This document shows positions 62,944 to 64,000 of a stretch of 64,000 nt of DNA, one piece after another. Location: contig JBAXFS010000001.1 in NCBI GenBank assembly GCA_037139795.1, forward strand, positions 3,153 to 67,152. Reading direction: 5' to 3'. Positions within the stretch are counted from its first letter, which is position 1, and every line of letters starts with the position of its first letter. The position numbers were made by a program, and so were the translations under genes. Origin of the DNA: Actinomycetes bacterium. Lineage in GTDB: Bacteria; Actinomycetota; Actinomycetes; Nanopelagicales; Nanopelagicaceae. The notes under the pieces were generated by a model. The model was not told the origin of the DNA. It ran no database searches and saw nothing but the letters and a program-made list of their open reading frames with translations.

Positions 62944-64000
62944 TCTTTCGCCTCAATCGCTTTAGCTAACTCGATGCGATCATCAAATTCATGAATCGTT
63001 CCGGCAACCTCTTGTCCCTTTTCATGTCCCTTTCCTAGGACAATGACAAGATCGCCAGCTTGGGCGTAATTTACCGCGGTTCTAATCGCAGTAGCACGAT
63101 CACTAATAACTGCACTCGGTAGTTGAACATCAATATCTAGAACCATTTGAACCAGGATATCTTCAGGTTTTTCACTTCTCGGATTATCGCTCGTGTACAT
63201 TGCGATATCGGCGCCATCGTGTAGCGCGGCGCCCATAAACGCTCTCTTAGTTGCGTCTCTATCTCCGCCACAGCCCAAAACCGCAATTACATTTCCAGTT
63301 GTAATCTCACGCGCAGTTTCTAGAACTCTGGCCACAGCATCGGGTGAGTGAGCGTAATCGACCAGTGCAGTAAAATTTTGACCAAGACGTATTGCCTCAA
63401 GACGACCGATGGCGCCAGTTAGTTTGGGCATAATTGCAGCGATATCGATTGGATCAATTCCACTTTCCGTAGCAATGGCAATAGCCATCAATAGATTGTC
63501 GTAATTGAACCCACCATGGAGAACTGTCTTTGCTTCAATAAGAATTCCGCCGCTGCCTCTTATCGATACTGCGGCACCCGCATAGTCATGTGAAATTGAT
63601 ACGTAATGCCAATCAGCCTTAGTATTTTCCCGTGAAAGAGTTAAAACGGGTAGCTCGGTCATTCCCACTAGTCGCTCACCATATGGATCGTCGATGTTTA
63701 TTACTGCGAGGTCGGCATATTCAAAAGTAAATAACTTTGCTTTGGCTTGGAAATACTCCTCCATCGATGAATGAAAATCCAAATGATCCTGGGTCAAATT
63801 TGTAAAACCAACAACTGCGAAGTGGCTACCGCGAATGCGCTCCAAGGTAATTGCATGGCTGGAAACTTCCATAACGAGATTGCGCATGTGGCGCTCACGC
63901 ATAACGGCACATAATGACTGCAAGTCCGTACTCTCTGGCGTCGTGCGCTTACTCGGTAATACCTCAACTCCAATACGCGTCTCGACCGTGCCTATCAGGC
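62940..64000 (-). CDS. murE: UDP-MurNAc-dipeptide--diaminopimelate ligase (5' end lies beyond the window)
   Basis: Frame stays open to the edge (LIGTVETRIG...RTTPES); MEVSSH, TNLTQDHLDFH, DYAHSPD and GCGGDRD. The DNPR motif implies DAP. Confidence 0.98.
   Translation of the reverse strand, partial: LIGTVETRIGVEVLPSKRTTPESTDLQSLCAVMRERHMRNLVMEVSSHAITLERIRGSHFAVVGFTNLTQDHLDFHSSMEEYFQAKAKLFTFEYADLAVINIDDPYGERLVGMTELPVLTLSRENTKADWHYVSISHDYAGAAVSIRGSGGILIEAKTVLHGGFNYDNLLMAIAIATESGIDPIDIAAIMPKLTGAIGRLEAIRLGQNFTALVDYAHSPDAVARVLETAREITTGNVIAVLGCGGDRDATKRAFMGAALHDGADIAMYTSDNPRSEKPEDILVQMVLDIDVQLPSAVISDRATAIRTAVNYAQAGDLVIVLGKGHEKGQEVAGTIHEFDDRIELAKAIEAKE

Overview
This is a dense, almost entirely minus-strand block of core chromosome from a genome-streamlined actinobacterium. 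Gene order (dcw cluster, ileS, dksA-like, lspA, rluA, dnaE, his, lgt, gltBD, pyk, tRNA-Leu, ANTAR regulator, liv, polA, rpsA, coaE, uvrBAC, rapZ-yvcK-whiA, gap-pgk-tpi-secG-rbpA), the rbpA/whiA/sepF genes, an actinobacterial ileS T-box and a moderate GC content (mid to high 40s % by eye, not computed) suggest the freshwater acI / Nanopelagicales type; the taxon is an inference. I support 57 CDS (two truncated by the window edges, two absent from the ORF track: rbpA and a 53-aa membrane microprotein), one tRNA, one T-box riboswitch, one clear terminator and about ten leaderless-type promoters. I see no rRNA, CRISPR, IS, integrase, prophage or intein, and no self-contained new multi-gene system. 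The best leads are small: (1) -10 boxes of leaderless genes built out of the upstream gene's stop codon; (2) a microprotein that keeps only the C-terminal motif of the trp-operon membrane protein where the trp genes are missing; (3) terminator-like and tandem-hairpin leaders in front of gap and gltB; (4) a MauE(CGC)-DsbA-Lgt module; (5) a LivK binding protein with no lipobox; (6) an APH-fold kinase inserted in the uvrC-rapZ junction; (7) no divIVA at its usual position. Several start codons are moved from the ORF track to the start best supported by RBS, -10 spacing or stop/start overlap.
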